Assembly (NCBI GenBank): GCA_003599175.1
Contig: QZIY01000020.1
Coordinates: 1-52,159, forward strand
Origin: Candidatus Parcubacteria bacterium
GTDB taxonomy: Bacteria; Patescibacteriota; Minisyncoccia; Phycocordibacterales; UBA2100
DNA length: 52,159 nucleotides
Reading direction: 5' to 3'
This document shows, one piece after another, positions 27,391-37,864 of this stretch (positions are counted from its first letter, which is position 1; each line of letters starts with the position of its first letter). A model generated the notes under the pieces. That model was not told the origin of the DNA. It saw nothing but the letters and a program-made list of their open reading frames with translations, and searched no databases. The position numbers were made by a program, and so were the translations under genes.

Positions 27391-29638
27391 ATACTTTTTT
27401 GCCGCGCTTGATCATGTCGATGATTGCTGAGGAAATTTCCGGACGCATAAACCATGCAGGTGGTTTTTTACCTGCAAGAAGCATCGCACGTACTTGTGTG
27501 CCACTGATGTTCAGTTTTTCGCTTTCTTTGTGTCTTAATCGCTGTTCGCCTTCGTGAATATGTTTTTTTTCCTTGGACGAATAAAATACTTGATTGAAAC
27601 GCACTGGAGATATATTGAGGTCGGGAAAACGATCGAAAATTTCGTGCGCTGCTGCCGGAGGATAGAACGACCCGATACCTGTATGATCTCGTCCGACGAT
27701 AAAATGACTGCAGCCGAAATTTTGACGGCACAGAGCAGTAAAAAGTGCTTCGCGCGGACCAGCGTAGCGTGAATAACTCGCGAAGGTCCCGAGTATAGCG
27801 CGTCCTTTGGGGTAGAATTGTTCACTCATGAGTGCATACGCAGCGATGATGGCCTCGGCCTCAAAATCACCTTTTTTCTTTTTGCCAATAACAGGATGAA
27901 TAAAAAGTCCATCTGCCGAAGAACGGCGAAGCGCTTCGAGCTGAATAAATTCGTGCCCACGATGAATTGCGTTCCTCGTGTGAAATGCAACGATCCGTGA
28001 CCATCCTCGTTCTGCAAATAAGCGTCGTGTCTGCCGCGGCGTGAGCTCGTATTTTTTGGTCGGCGAATCATATCGTCTGTAGAGTGTCACCGTGCCGCCT
28101 AAAAAGACAGGCCTCATCGCCAGTACCATGGCGACACCCGGGTGTGAGGGGTCAGTTGTCCCGTACACATGCTGCGCGAAATCTTTTTTATCGTACGCAT
28201 ATTTTTCTTTCAGATGGAGCACGGCTACAACGGTTCCTTTCTTGTTTTTGAGCGCGATATCAGATCCTTCTGTAAGACGCGCCGCTTCTTCGGTACTGAC
28301 ATCAAGTACAATCGGCATCGGCCATATGGCACCGCTTGGCATCCGCATATGCTTGAGCACAGAATCCAATTCTTTGTGCGTAAGAAAACCTTCGAGCGGA
28401 CTGAAGGTGCCGATGGCGATTTGCTCAATATCCATATGCTGTTCATCGGTAATCTGTATCGATTGCAATTTCCCATCGGGGGTGAGACCAAATGCAGCTT
28501 GCCGATCCACAAGCGTGCCACCATTAGGGGGAATGAGCATCTCGCCCGGATTACTGGTATGCAGATAGTTTGCCTTGTCGAGTGTGACGACGTATCGAGG
28601 ACGTGGTCGCGCATCTTCTGGCACGCTCTCTGCTTGATGAATCAATTTATTCAGCGTGTTAACCACCTCAATCGGATAGTCGCCGATCGCTGTTTCCGCT
28701 GCAAGTGTAACGCCGAAGGCGCCATCGAGGATCGTCTGCACCGTGTCATGTACCTCGGCGCGCGTAGGACTTTGTTTATGTACCATTGACTCAAGAAAAT
28801 TCGTCGCGACGAAGACTCCCTTGTTTTTTTTGCGCGCTCGGTCGATGATGATTTTTTGCGCAAAGGGGATTTTCTCGATCGGTACCTCGCGGCTCAAATC
28901 GCCGCGGTCGATCAGAAGGTAGTCAGATTTTTCTATGATCGCATCGAGTTGCTCGAGTGCTTCTGTGCACTCGATCTTCGAAATGATTTTCATGCGGCTC
29001 TTTGTCCGCTTTCGCACGAGATCCACTGCTTCTGGCGATCGCACGAACGAAACAGCAATGTGATCGACGCCTTCTTTGAGCGCTATTGCGATCGCATCTT
29101 CGTCTTTTGGTGAGAGTGTCGGAAGTTCAAAATTTTTTTTGGATGCCGTGTCGATGACAACACCTTTGTTGGCTCCCATGATGCCACCGGATAGTACCGT
29201 TGATACCACATACCCCTTCTGTGCGAGCATCGAAGTCTCGGTCACGCGCAGGACTACAGAATTGAAATCGATATATACGAGATCACCTTCAGCCAACTGT
29301 GGTACGATGGATTCAGGTTTGAGACAGATGCGTGTACTGTTGCCCCGAATCTGCTTTTGATAAATTTTGATCCTCGCGCCTTCCTCTAAGCGGATCTCGC
29401 CTCGTTCGTTTGCCCCGTTGCGCACCTGCGACCCTTCAGTATCCAATATGAAAGGTATGCCTACGTCGCGCGCAAGTTTCATAAAATAACCCTGATCTGC
29501 AATGCTTGAGTGCGACATATTGACACGCACGAAACCGACGCCCCGGTCTTTGAGCGCACGTAGATGATCTTTGGTATGAGTCGATGGCCCCAGCGTCACC
29601 ACGATCTTGGTTTTCTTGGGAGTCGGTCTGATTTTCAT
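27380..29638 (-). CDS. Pyruvate kinase catalytic domain fused to sulfate adenylyltransferase (Sat)
   Basis: N-terminal PK motifs KTKIVVTLGP, RVNMSH, DTEG, SKIE, RGDL, PTRAE, ETAIGDYP. C-terminal Sat motifs FSPLEGF, FHTRNAIHRGHE, RYAGPREA, IVGRDH, ISGTQVR. Confidence 0.9.
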   Translation of the reverse strand: MKIRPTPKKTKIVVTLGPSTHTKDHLRALKDRGVGFVRVNMSHSSIADQGYFMKLARDVGIPFILDTEGSQVRNGANERGEIRLEEGARIKIYQKQIRGNSTRICLKPESIVPQLAEGDLVYIDFNSVVLRVTETSMLAQKGYVVSTVLSGGIMGANKGVVIDTASKKNFELPTLSPKDEDAIAIALKEGVDHIAVSFVRSPEAVDLVRKRTKSRMKIISKIECTEALEQLDAIIEKSDYLLIDRGDLSREVPIEKIPFAQKIIIDRARKKNKGVFVATNFLESMVHKQSPTRAEVHDTVQTILDGAFGVTLAAETAIGDYPIEVVNTLNKLIHQAESVPEDARPRPRYVVTLDKANYLHTSNPGEMLIPPNGGTLVDRQAAFGLTPDGKLQSIQITDEQHMDIEQIAIGTFSPLEGFLTHKELDSVLKHMRMPSGAIWPMPIVLDVSTEEAARLTEGSDIALKNKKGTVVAVLHLKEKYAYDKKDFAQHVYGTTDPSHPGVAMVLAMRPVFLGGTVTLYRRYDSPTKKYELTPRQTRRLFAERGWSRIVAFHTRNAIHRGHEFIQLEALRRSSADGLFIHPVIGKKKKGDFEAEAIIAAYALMSEQFYPKGRAILGTFASYSRYAGPREALFTALCRQNFGCSHFIVGRDHTGIGSFYPPAAAHEIFDRFPDLNISPVRFNQVFYSSKEKKHIHEGEQRLRHKESEKLNISGTQVRAMLLAGKKPPAWFMRPEISSAIIDMIKRGKKVFVE

Positions 29639-29730
29639 ACGAGATGCATGAAGGGGAGGTTTTTGTCCCGGACATCGAGGAATATACTATTATTGGAGAC
29701 ACGCGTCTACGGTATGATACAGTCCCGTGT

Positions 29731-30585
29731 ATGCGCCGCCTCATTTTTTTTCACCTTGCGAAAACGGGAGGAATCACCCTGCGACGTATCGCTGAGCGCC
29801 ACCTTCCCGAGGGTTACGCGTTCTACAATCTCTCGCTCAATCAAGCCGACAGCAAGGAGCTTGAGGAATTTCGAGCGCTACCCGAAACTAAAAAAGAGAA
29901 GATTGCCGTCCTTGCAGGCCACATGCCTTTTGGCATGGATAAAGAGTTGAGCGGGCCGTCAGATTACATCACGATGCTCCGAAACCCGCTCGACATCGTC
30001 GTATCGGAGTATTATTACCTGCACAACAGTCCGCTTAAAGATTGGCACCGCGCGATCGCGGATTTCAAGGCGATGAGTCTCGGTGATTTCGCACGGAGCG
30101 GATTCAATATAACGACGAACCATCAGACGCGCGTTCTTGCCAGAATATGGTCCACTTTTTTGGAACGATCCGTTCCCGTCGATGAAGCGGCATTTTCACG
30201 GGCGAAAGAATCCCTTCGGCGTGACTTTCTCTGCGTTGGCATCACGGAGCGTTTCGACGAGTCGCTCTTGGTCATGAAAAGGCGGCTCGGGTGGCGTAGT
30301 ATTTATTATTTTAGAGAAAACAAAACGCCGGGACGCAGGCCAACTAAAAGTATCGCACCGGGAGATCGTGATGCTATTCTTGAGCGCAATCATATTGACC
30401 TTGCACTATGGAAGTTTGCGAATGAGCTTTTGGATAAGGAAATCGAAGATTATGGGCCAAATTTTATGCGTGATTTGCGCCATTTTCAGCGGCGTAATTT
30501 TTGGTACCAGAAAGCGCGTCGTGTCGCCCTCTTGGCACGTGGTTTGATGTTCCGCCTTAAGAAACTTACGCACCTGCATGCTTGA
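29731..30585 (+). CDS. Sulfotransferase (Sulfotransfer_2-like)
   Basis: FFHLAKTGG (5'-PSB) and LRNP..VVSEY (3'-PB), plus GITERFDESL. Divergent from the sat/cysC operon. Confidence 0.85.
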   Translation: MRRLIFFHLAKTGGITLRRIAERHLPEGYAFYNLSLNQADSKELEEFRALPETKKEKIAVLAGHMPFGMDKELSGPSDYITMLRNPLDIVVSEYYYLHNSPLKDWHRAIADFKAMSLGDFARSGFNITTNHQTRVLARIWSTFLERSVPVDEAAFSRAKESLRRDFLCVGITERFDESLLVMKRRLGWRSIYYFRENKTPGRRPTKSIAPGDRDAILERNHIDLALWKFANELLDKEIEDYGPNFMRDLRHFQRRNFWYQKARRVALLARGLMFRLKKLTHLHA

Positions 30586-31300
30586 AGCATCACTCTGGGG
30601 CTTGCGCTATGTGAGGATGATCACTGAAACACCCGGCGTTTCGTCGATGGAGCGGCTGAAGCGGCGCTATGCATTCATTCACATTGTCTCGTTCACTCCC
30701 TCCTCTTTGCCGGGATTTTCCGAAACGGTAAAAAAGACGCCTCTCATTCGGCTCGATCGTCCCATTGAGGATATATTTGCCGCGTTCAATGACACGACTC
30801 GTAATGAAATTCGACGTACGGAAAAGATGCCAGAGCTCTCATTCGTGCACGGTGAACGTCATAGAGGAGATGCGTATTCGCTCTATCGAGCGTTTGAGCA
30901 TGCTCAGGGTCGCACGCCCAAACCAAAAAACGAAATCACCAGGAGTCTTCTGTTCACTGCATATTGGAAGGAAGAGTTGATTGCGACGGCGATTTGTTTT
31001 GAAGACGGTGGTTGGGTTCGTCTCTCGCATCTTGCGTCGCGTCGGCTCACGAATACTAAAGAATACTCGCATGCCATCATTGCGTATGCGTCGCGACGCT
31101 TGATGTACGAGATTTGCCGTTGGGGCAAGCAGCACGAGAAGCATTCATTCGATCTTGGCATCATCAACCTCTCCGATCCGTCGAAAAAGGGAATTGCGCA
31201 ATTCAAACAGTCCTTTGGCGGTCTGATCGTCGATACGTACATCTATCGCTGGAAGAGTCCGTTATTTCGCTTTGTGACGAGGTTGTGGTATCTCGATTAG
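30578..31300 (+). CDS. FemAB/GNAT-fold protein
   Basis: TRNEIRR, FDLG and GIAQFKQSFGG resemble FemABX-like motifs. Confidence 0.65.
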   Translation: MLEASLWGLRYVRMITETPGVSSMERLKRRYAFIHIVSFTPSSLPGFSETVKKTPLIRLDRPIEDIFAAFNDTTRNEIRRTEKMPELSFVHGERHRGDAYSLYRAFEHAQGRTPKPKNEITRSLLFTAYWKEELIATAICFEDGGWVRLSHLASRRLTNTKEYSHAIIAYASRRLMYEICRWGKQHEKHSFDLGIINLSDPSKKGIAQFKQSFGGLIVDTYIYRWKSPLFRFVTRLWYLD

Positions 31301-31303
31301 CAT

Positions 31304-32665
31304 ATGAACATTTGCCTTTTCGGACACAGCTGGCATACGCTCACGCCTTACGAACCGCTGGTTAATCTTCTACGCGATCGTGGAATCACCTTTGAGATGC
31401 TCGTGTTGGCACCGCCCACGAGCGCATATTTTCAATCGCTCGAGGAATTTCAAAGACGTTTTCCGCAATTATCGGGATGGGAAAGAGGCGTATACTCGAC
31501 GCGCATCTTCGCGGTAATTCTCCGGATTCCTCTCATTGGTCCGCTCTTTGCCGCACTCCTGTTTCTTTTCATTGTGAGACGACGGTTTGCGCAGGCAAGA
31601 TACGATTGCATTGTCGTAAGCGGAGATCGCGGACTTTTTATCAACGTTATCTTGATCCGCGCCGCGAAGGCCGCAGGTGTCCCGGTTCTTTTGTACCCAC
31701 AAGAAGCATTTCAATCACATGATATGGACGCAAAGATTAAATCTGGAGCCGTCGCTCGTGCGACTGTGATGCGCACATTCGTGCGTCGTCTCACAACTGC
31801 GCTCTATAGTGCGAATTTCTCTCTCGTTGAGGGAGCGCCTTCATACAACTACGTGCCGAGCTATCTTTTGCCATTTGCGCTGTGGAATCGTATTGATACG
31901 CTCTTGCCGATTGATCCCTTCGTCCGCGGGACCAACCCAAACCTCTCAGCGGTGGCGGTCAATTCATCGGATCAAGGCGAAGAAATCAGACGAACACTCG
32001 GAGAGAACAACCGCTTTTTTGTAACTGGTTTCCCGGCATTTGATGCGGTAATGAAGCAACTTCGGATGCGCGATCAGACCCGGACCGATCTTCTGCACAT
32101 TCGCCCCAATCAGCGCGTGCTTCTTATCATTGGCACGCACCTGACCGAAAATTATGCTCCCCATGAATTTCCCGCCGCGTATCAGGAGATCGCTCGTATC
32201 TTTCGCCTACTGGTTGACGAATTACCGTCGGACGTGCTCATTGTGTACAAAAAACACCCACATCGCGAGATTCTCCAAGATATTCTCGCAATCGATCCAG
32301 CGTTGTCTGAGCGGATGCGCATTATTGGACGCGAGGCAGATACGTATCAGCTTGTTGGAGCCGCCGATGCAATCTTTATGTTTGCTTCCTCGGTTATTGG
32401 GTCTGCCATCGCAACAGATGCTCGCATCTGGCTCTATCATCTACCCAACCTGCGCGGGTTCGATGAATTTTATCACCCTTATCATTCACCGCCGCGACTC
32501 AACACTCGTGACGAACTACACAAGGTTTTGCCGCACTTTTTTGATCCACTATCGGAGGAGGAGAAAAAAGGGCGTGATATTGATCGTAGACATAACGGCA
32601 TTTATGATGGTCGCAATACCGAACGCATCTACGAGGCGATCTGTACAGTTGCTCGCACGTCATGA
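31304..32665 (+). CDS. Putative GT-B fold transferase (CDP-glycerol phosphotransferase/capsule-synthesis-like)
   Basis: VTGFPAFD, KKHPHRE, FASSV, DGRNTERI. Confidence 0.55.
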   Translation: MNICLFGHSWHTLTPYEPLVNLLRDRGITFEMLVLAPPTSAYFQSLEEFQRRFPQLSGWERGVYSTRIFAVILRIPLIGPLFAALLFLFIVRRRFAQARYDCIVVSGDRGLFINVILIRAAKAAGVPVLLYPQEAFQSHDMDAKIKSGAVARATVMRTFVRRLTTALYSANFSLVEGAPSYNYVPSYLLPFALWNRIDTLLPIDPFVRGTNPNLSAVAVNSSDQGEEIRRTLGENNRFFVTGFPAFDAVMKQLRMRDQTRTDLLHIRPNQRVLLIIGTHLTENYAPHEFPAAYQEIARIFRLLVDELPSDVLIVYKKHPHREILQDILAIDPALSERMRIIGREADTYQLVGAADAIFMFASSVIGSAIATDARIWLYHLPNLRGFDEFYHPYHSPPRLNTRDELHKVLPHFFDPLSEEEKKGRDIDRRHNGIYDGRNTERIYEAICTVARTS

Positions 32666-34032
32666 AAACCATCCTTTTCAATATTGACGAAGGCACCATG
32701 TCATACGCGCTTCTGCGCACGGGTTTTTTGAAGCGGATGGAGCGGGAGTCAACGATACGGCTCGTCGCGGTCGTACCTTCAAACAAGCTTGATTATTATC
32801 GCGAATCGTTCCGCACGATTCGCAATATCGAATTCACGACCGTGCCGTCGAATAGCTATCAAACAGTTGAAATTTTTTGGGACAATCTGTTTCGTCAAAA
32901 CATTCCAACGCGCACCAAGTCAAATCACCAGTGGCACTCATTTTATACGAACGGGAGTCTGATCTTTCGAAGCGTTCGACTCGTGGGAGTACGAACTTTG
33001 TGGCTCCTGGGACATCTATCGCTCTGGCGGCGTTTCTTGCGCTTTCTCTACGGTTTTACGCCGCATCGCGCATTTGACGCGGTGTTCGACAAGTACAAAC
33101 CGGATCTCCTTTTTGCCACTACCATGTACAGCATGAGAGACCTTGGCCTTATGAAAGCGGCTCGTGCGCATGGCGTCGCGATCGTCGGCATGGTCAAAAC
33201 ATGGGATAGTATTACGACGAAGTTTTTCATGCCGATCGCACCCGATTACATGATCGCCCATAATGAAATCATCAAGTCAGAAGCGGTGAAGTATCTTGAT
33301 TTTCCGGCCAGCAAAATTTTCGTGAGCGGTATTCCGCGGTTCGATTTTTATTTCAATGCAGACATCATACGGCGGCGCGCAGATTTTCTCGCGCAGCTCG
33401 GCTTACAATCCGATGACAAATATATCCTTTTCGCGGGAGACGCGCTGCATCAATATCCGGATCAATGCGAATTCATTGATTTTCTGGATCACACTATTAC
33501 AAAGGATCATTTTTTTGATGGATATACCATTCTGTACCGGCCGCATCCGCATTACGGCAAATGCGAAGGTGGCAGGGCGCGCTGGAAACGTGTCAAAGAG
33601 CAGCAACCCGCGACACGGGTAACAGAGGGGAGAGCTGCATGGGAGTTTGAAGAAAGCGACATCGCACTCATCAACAACACCATCTATCATGCCGCGGCTA
33701 TCTTGATGTTTGCCTCTACGATTGGTATCGAGACGGCACTCTATGATCGGCCCACGATTGGCGTTGCTTTTGATATGACGCCCGAACCAAACTATTATCT
33801 TTCCAATCGCCGCTACTATGACAGCGATCATTATCAAATACTCGACAAAAGCGGTGGCATTCCGCGCGCGCAGAGTCGCGAAGAAGTGATTGCGCTCCTC
33901 AAGGAAGCGATCGCGGAACCACACAAATACGCGGCGGGTAGAAAGCTGATCGTCGACAAAATGCTCGGATTCACCGACGGTCATTCCGCGGAGCGCATCG
34001 CACAGTTTCTCATTGACAAACTGAATCAGTAA
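32662..34032 (+). CDS. Putative GT-B fold transferase (CDP-glycerol phosphotransferase-like)
   Basis: TWDSITTK, SGIPRFD, YRPHP, ASTIGIE, DGHSAERI. Confidence 0.6.
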   Translation: MKTILFNIDEGTMSYALLRTGFLKRMERESTIRLVAVVPSNKLDYYRESFRTIRNIEFTTVPSNSYQTVEIFWDNLFRQNIPTRTKSNHQWHSFYTNGSLIFRSVRLVGVRTLWLLGHLSLWRRFLRFLYGFTPHRAFDAVFDKYKPDLLFATTMYSMRDLGLMKAARAHGVAIVGMVKTWDSITTKFFMPIAPDYMIAHNEIIKSEAVKYLDFPASKIFVSGIPRFDFYFNADIIRRRADFLAQLGLQSDDKYILFAGDALHQYPDQCEFIDFLDHTITKDHFFDGYTILYRPHPHYGKCEGGRARWKRVKEQQPATRVTEGRAAWEFEESDIALINNTIYHAAAILMFASTIGIETALYDRPTIGVAFDMTPEPNYYLSNRRYYDSDHYQILDKSGGIPRAQSREEVIALLKEAIAEPHKYAAGRKLIVDKMLGFTDGHSAERIAQFLIDKLNQ

Positions 34033-34033
34033 T

Positions 34034-35005
34034 ATGCTCACGATCGTCATGTACCATTATGTGCGCGACATTGCAGGGTCACCGTATCCAGGTATTAGAG
34101 GGCGTACGCTCGGGGAATTCGACGGCCAACTTGAATATCTTTCTCGACATTACGTGCATGTGAGCTTGCAAGATGTGATGGATGCGGCAGGAGGAAGAAT
34201 GACGCTACCCGAGAACGCTTATCACCTGACATTTGATGACGGCCTTTCGGATCACTATCGGAACGTATTTCCGCGCCTTCGCGAGCGCGGCATTCCCGCA
34301 TCCTTCTATCCGCCCACCCAAAGCGCACTTAATTCAGTGGTCCTCGAAGTGCACAAAATCCAATTTTTACTTTCAGTCATCACCGATTATGGCGCGCTTG
34401 CGAATGAAATTTTTTCCATGGCTGCTGCTTACCGTTCAGAGTATGAATTTCCCTCTGAAGCAGGACTCCGTGCTCAGTTTGTCAACATCAGGAGTCGCTT
34501 TGATCCGCCCGAAGTCGTGTTGGTCAAGCGGCTGCTACAGACCGGTTTGCCCGGTCCAGTTCGCACTGGAGTCATCGGAGAGCTCTTCGCGCTTCATGTC
34601 ACAACCGATGAAGCTGCGTTTGCGCACGAACTCTATATGACAATGGAGGATATGCGGGAGATGTACAAGTCGGGCATGGAATTTGGAGGACATGGATATC
34701 GGCACGCACGAATGCATGGTATGAAACTCGACGAGCAGGAATTCGAGATCAAAAAAAGTCGGGAATTGATGCGTATGTTGCACGGCAGGGAGCAGCCGTG
34801 GGTGATGAACTACCCGTTTGGCAGTTACGACGAGGAAACAGTGCGGCTCGCGCAAAAATACCACGCGATTCTCGGACTCACGACCAAGGCAGAGCTGGTG
34901 CACGGTTTCGATCGTCCGCTCGAGCTTGAACGGCTCGATACGAATGACTTGCCGCTCTCCGGCGATGCGCCGATTTCAAGATGGACGGCGCAGGTGTTGG
35001 TGTGA
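34034..35005 (+). CDS. Polysaccharide deacetylase
   Basis: MYHYVR, LTFDDG, GGHGYRH, YPFG. Confidence 0.88.
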   Translation: MLTIVMYHYVRDIAGSPYPGIRGRTLGEFDGQLEYLSRHYVHVSLQDVMDAAGGRMTLPENAYHLTFDDGLSDHYRNVFPRLRERGIPASFYPPTQSALNSVVLEVHKIQFLLSVITDYGALANEIFSMAAAYRSEYEFPSEAGLRAQFVNIRSRFDPPEVVLVKRLLQTGLPGPVRTGVIGELFALHVTTDEAAFAHELYMTMEDMREMYKSGMEFGGHGYRHARMHGMKLDEQEFEIKKSRELMRMLHGREQPWVMNYPFGSYDEETVRLAQKYHAILGLTTKAELVHGFDRPLELERLDTNDLPLSGDAPISRWTAQVLV

Positions 35006-35017
35006 AATACTGATTAT

Positions 35018-35719
35018 ATGAACATCATTGCGCTCATCCTCGCCCGCGGCGGCAGCAAGCGGTTTCCGGGGAAAAATCTATACCCGCTGCTCGGAAAGCC
35101 CCTGATTGCACATTCTATCATCGCTGCGAAAGCGACGACGAAGATCGATCGGGTGATCGTCTCGACCGACAGCGAGGAAATTGCCGCGGTGGCGCGGGAA
35201 TATACCGCGGAAGTCCCATTCATGCGCCCCTCGGAACTTGCGAGCGATTCCGCAAAGGCGATTGACGTCGTGCGTCACATCATCGGGATGCTCGAACAAG
35301 ACGGTTATAAGGCCGGTTACGTTGTCACATTACAGCCAACAACACCCGTAATCGAACCGGCGCAGATCGATGCGGCGATCGAGCTTGCGATCGAGAAAAA
35401 TGCAGAGTCTGTCGTGAACGTATCGGAAATAGATACCATCAATCACCCGTACAACATCCGCGAAATTCGAGAGGATGGCACCGCGCATTTCTGGCAAGAA
35501 AAATTGCATTACGAGGCGCTCGGCAAAGATAGACCGAAGTTTTATCACGCTGCCAATCTGTGGCTATCGAGTTACGACACGGTGATGAAAGAGGGGAAAT
35601 TTGAAGGAGAAAAAAATTATCCCATCATCGTGCCGCCGATTTATTCGAGCGATATCGATTTTAAGGAAGATCTGGAACGACTTGAAGCCATCCTTTCCAG
35701 CTGGAAGAAAAACGGCTAG
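35018..35719 (+). CDS. neuA: Acylneuraminate cytidylyltransferase (CMP-nonulosonate synthetase)
   Basis: ARGGSKRFPGKN, VSTDS, RPSELASD, LQPTTP, DIDF. Confidence 0.92.
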   Translation: MNIIALILARGGSKRFPGKNLYPLLGKPLIAHSIIAAKATTKIDRVIVSTDSEEIAAVAREYTAEVPFMRPSELASDSAKAIDVVRHIIGMLEQDGYKAGYVVTLQPTTPVIEPAQIDAAIELAIEKNAESVVNVSEIDTINHPYNIREIREDGTAHFWQEKLHYEALGKDRPKFYHAANLWLSSYDTVMKEGKFEGEKNYPIIVPPIYSSDIDFKEDLERLEAILSSWKKNG

Positions 35720-35729
35720 TATCCAGACA

Positions 35730-36878
35730 ATGGCAGATAAGCGGACGATTGCGGTACTCACGGGGAAGCGCGGCGGATTCGGCGCGATGATTACGATGGT
35801 CGAAGCGCTGAAACGTGATCCAAAAATCAGCGTTGAGCCGATTACTACCGACATGCACCTGAACCCTTTTTTTGGTGATACGGTCAAGGAAGTTGAGAGA
35901 TCATATGGCCCGACCCATCGCGTACCGACCGATCAAAAAGACGACACGAGTGAAGAGCGAGCACAGACACTTGCGCGCACCATGGCGGGCATGGTCGATA
36001 TACTCTCGAAAATTAAACCTGATGTTTTGGTGACGTTGGGGGATCGCGGCGAAGTTTTGGCGGCAGCAAACGCCGCGCTCGAACTCAATATTCCAGTCGC
36101 CCACATCCTTGGAGGCGATACTGCAGGAAACCGAGATGGCGTACGTATCCATGCCATCACCAAACTTGCGCATTTGCATTTTCCAGCCAACAAAGACGCA
36201 TACAAACGCATCTTGAAATTAGGCGAAGAGAAATGGCGCGTCTTCGACTTTGGCTCTACCTATATCGATCTTGCGGTGCAGAAAAAGTTTACGCCGAATA
36301 CAGAAGTGCGGCGGAAGTACAACATCAAACCAGATGAGCCGTACCTTCTCTGCATTCAGCATCCGACGACGCTCGACGAAACCCGCTCATATGACGAAGC
36401 AAAGACGGTATACGAGGGGCTGAAGCGCACGGGTATGCGTACGATCATTGTCTGGCCATGCAGTGATCAAGGGTATTCACTCGTCCTCAAGGCACTCGAT
36501 GAGTATAAAAATGTGCCGCAATTCAGTATTCACAAAAATATCGAAGTACAGGATTTTTGGGGACTCATGGATGGTGCCTCTGCGATGGTAGGGAATTCTT
36601 CGAGCGGTCTCATGGAAACACCATACTTCAATCTGCCGTCCGTAACGGTCGGACACCGGCAAGACGGTCGAGCGCGAGACACCAATGGTATTGTGGTAGC
36701 TGAGCCGACGCCTGAAAAGGTCGAGAAGGCCGTTCTGAGAGCGATCTCACCCGCATTTAAGAAAAAGGTAAAAAATCATTTCGTCTTTGGCAAAGGAAAT
36801 GCGGGAGAGAAGATTGCTCATGTTCTCAAAACTATTCCACTGGGTGAAAAATTACTTCGCAAAAAAATAACGTTCTAA
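35730..36878 (+). CDS. neuC: UDP-N-acetylglucosamine 2-epimerase (hydrolysing)
   Basis: LGDRGE, HAITKLAHLHF, GNSSSG, GHRQDGR. Confidence 0.9.
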   Translation: MADKRTIAVLTGKRGGFGAMITMVEALKRDPKISVEPITTDMHLNPFFGDTVKEVERSYGPTHRVPTDQKDDTSEERAQTLARTMAGMVDILSKIKPDVLVTLGDRGEVLAAANAALELNIPVAHILGGDTAGNRDGVRIHAITKLAHLHFPANKDAYKRILKLGEEKWRVFDFGSTYIDLAVQKKFTPNTEVRRKYNIKPDEPYLLCIQHPTTLDETRSYDEAKTVYEGLKRTGMRTIIVWPCSDQGYSLVLKALDEYKNVPQFSIHKNIEVQDFWGLMDGASAMVGNSSSGLMETPYFNLPSVTVGHRQDGRARDTNGIVVAEPTPEKVEKAVLRAISPAFKKKVKNHFVFGKGNAGEKIAHVLKTIPLGEKLLRKKITF

Positions 36879-36883
36879 AGATT

Positions 36884-37810
36884 ATGAAAGTTTTAGTCAC
36901 TGGAGGCGCAGGATTTATCGGGTCGCATGTCGTCGACAAGCTCCTTTCGGATGGACACTCGGTTGCCGTCGTCGATGATTTTTCGTCGGGCAATGAGCTG
37001 AATGTCCGCAAAGGCGTGACGTATCACCGCACCAATCTCAATGATCCGAAACTTGCGGACGTGCTGAGAGAGGAAAAACCGGAAGCGATTTGTCATTTGG
37101 CGGCAAAGACCAATATGCGCGAATCGCTCGACGATCCATTTTCGGATATCGAAGGCAATGTGCGCGGACTCGTGGCGCTTCTCGAACTGGCTACTAAAAA
37201 GTACCCGATCAAAAAGTTTGTCTTTTCCTGCACCGGCGGCGCACTCTATGGTGATCCGGAGTATGTGCCGGTCGATGAAAACCATCCCACACGCCCTACT
37301 TCGCCTTACGGCATCTCCAAACTCTCCGGAGAAAAGTATCTCTATTATTACAACGCCGTGCACAATCTTCCGAGCATCTCTCTTCGCTACAGTAATGTGT
37401 ACGGACCGCGCAATGAACGCAAAAAACACAACGGCGCTGTCACGGTGTTCATCCAGCGAGTCCTCAAGGGAGAGCCAATCAAGATCAACGGCAGTGGTGA
37501 GCAAACGCGCGACTTTATCTTCGTCGAAGATGTTGCCCGTGCAAATGCGGCAGCTGTATCCGCAGATATCAAAGGTGCTGATGTGTGCAATATAAGCGGC
37601 GGCTCCGAGACGAGCGTGAATAGCATGATCGAGATCATCGAAAAACACGCAGGCAAAAAAGCGCAGGTCGAGCATGCGCCCGAAATCAAAGGCGAAATCA
37701 TGCGAAGTTTCATGTCGAATCAGAAAGCAAAGGATGTATTGGGGTGGTCGCCGAGCGCGAGTGTGGACGACGGTATCAAAAAGACTGTCGAGTACTTCGT
37801 AACGCTATAA
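36884..37810 (+). CDS. NAD-dependent epimerase (GalE-like)
   Basis: TGGAGFIGSH, SPYGISK, LRYSNVYGPR, QTRDFIFV. Confidence 0.9.
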   Translation: MKVLVTGGAGFIGSHVVDKLLSDGHSVAVVDDFSSGNELNVRKGVTYHRTNLNDPKLADVLREEKPEAICHLAAKTNMRESLDDPFSDIEGNVRGLVALLELATKKYPIKKFVFSCTGGALYGDPEYVPVDENHPTRPTSPYGISKLSGEKYLYYYNAVHNLPSISLRYSNVYGPRNERKKHNGAVTVFIQRVLKGEPIKINGSGEQTRDFIFVEDVARANAAAVSADIKGADVCNISGGSETSVNSMIEIIEKHAGKKAQVEHAPEIKGEIMRSFMSNQKAKDVLGWSPSASVDDGIKKTVEYFVTL

Positions 37811-37818
37811 CAAAGAGA

Positions 37819-37845
37819 AAGAGGATCGGCAGAGCCGATCCTCTT
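37819..37845. terminator. Hairpin between convergent genes (probable bidirectional terminator)
   Basis: Perfect 12-bp stem aagaggatcggc-aga-gccgatcctctt. Confidence 0.75.
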
Positions 37846-37864
37846 ATGAAATGAACTGATTTTG

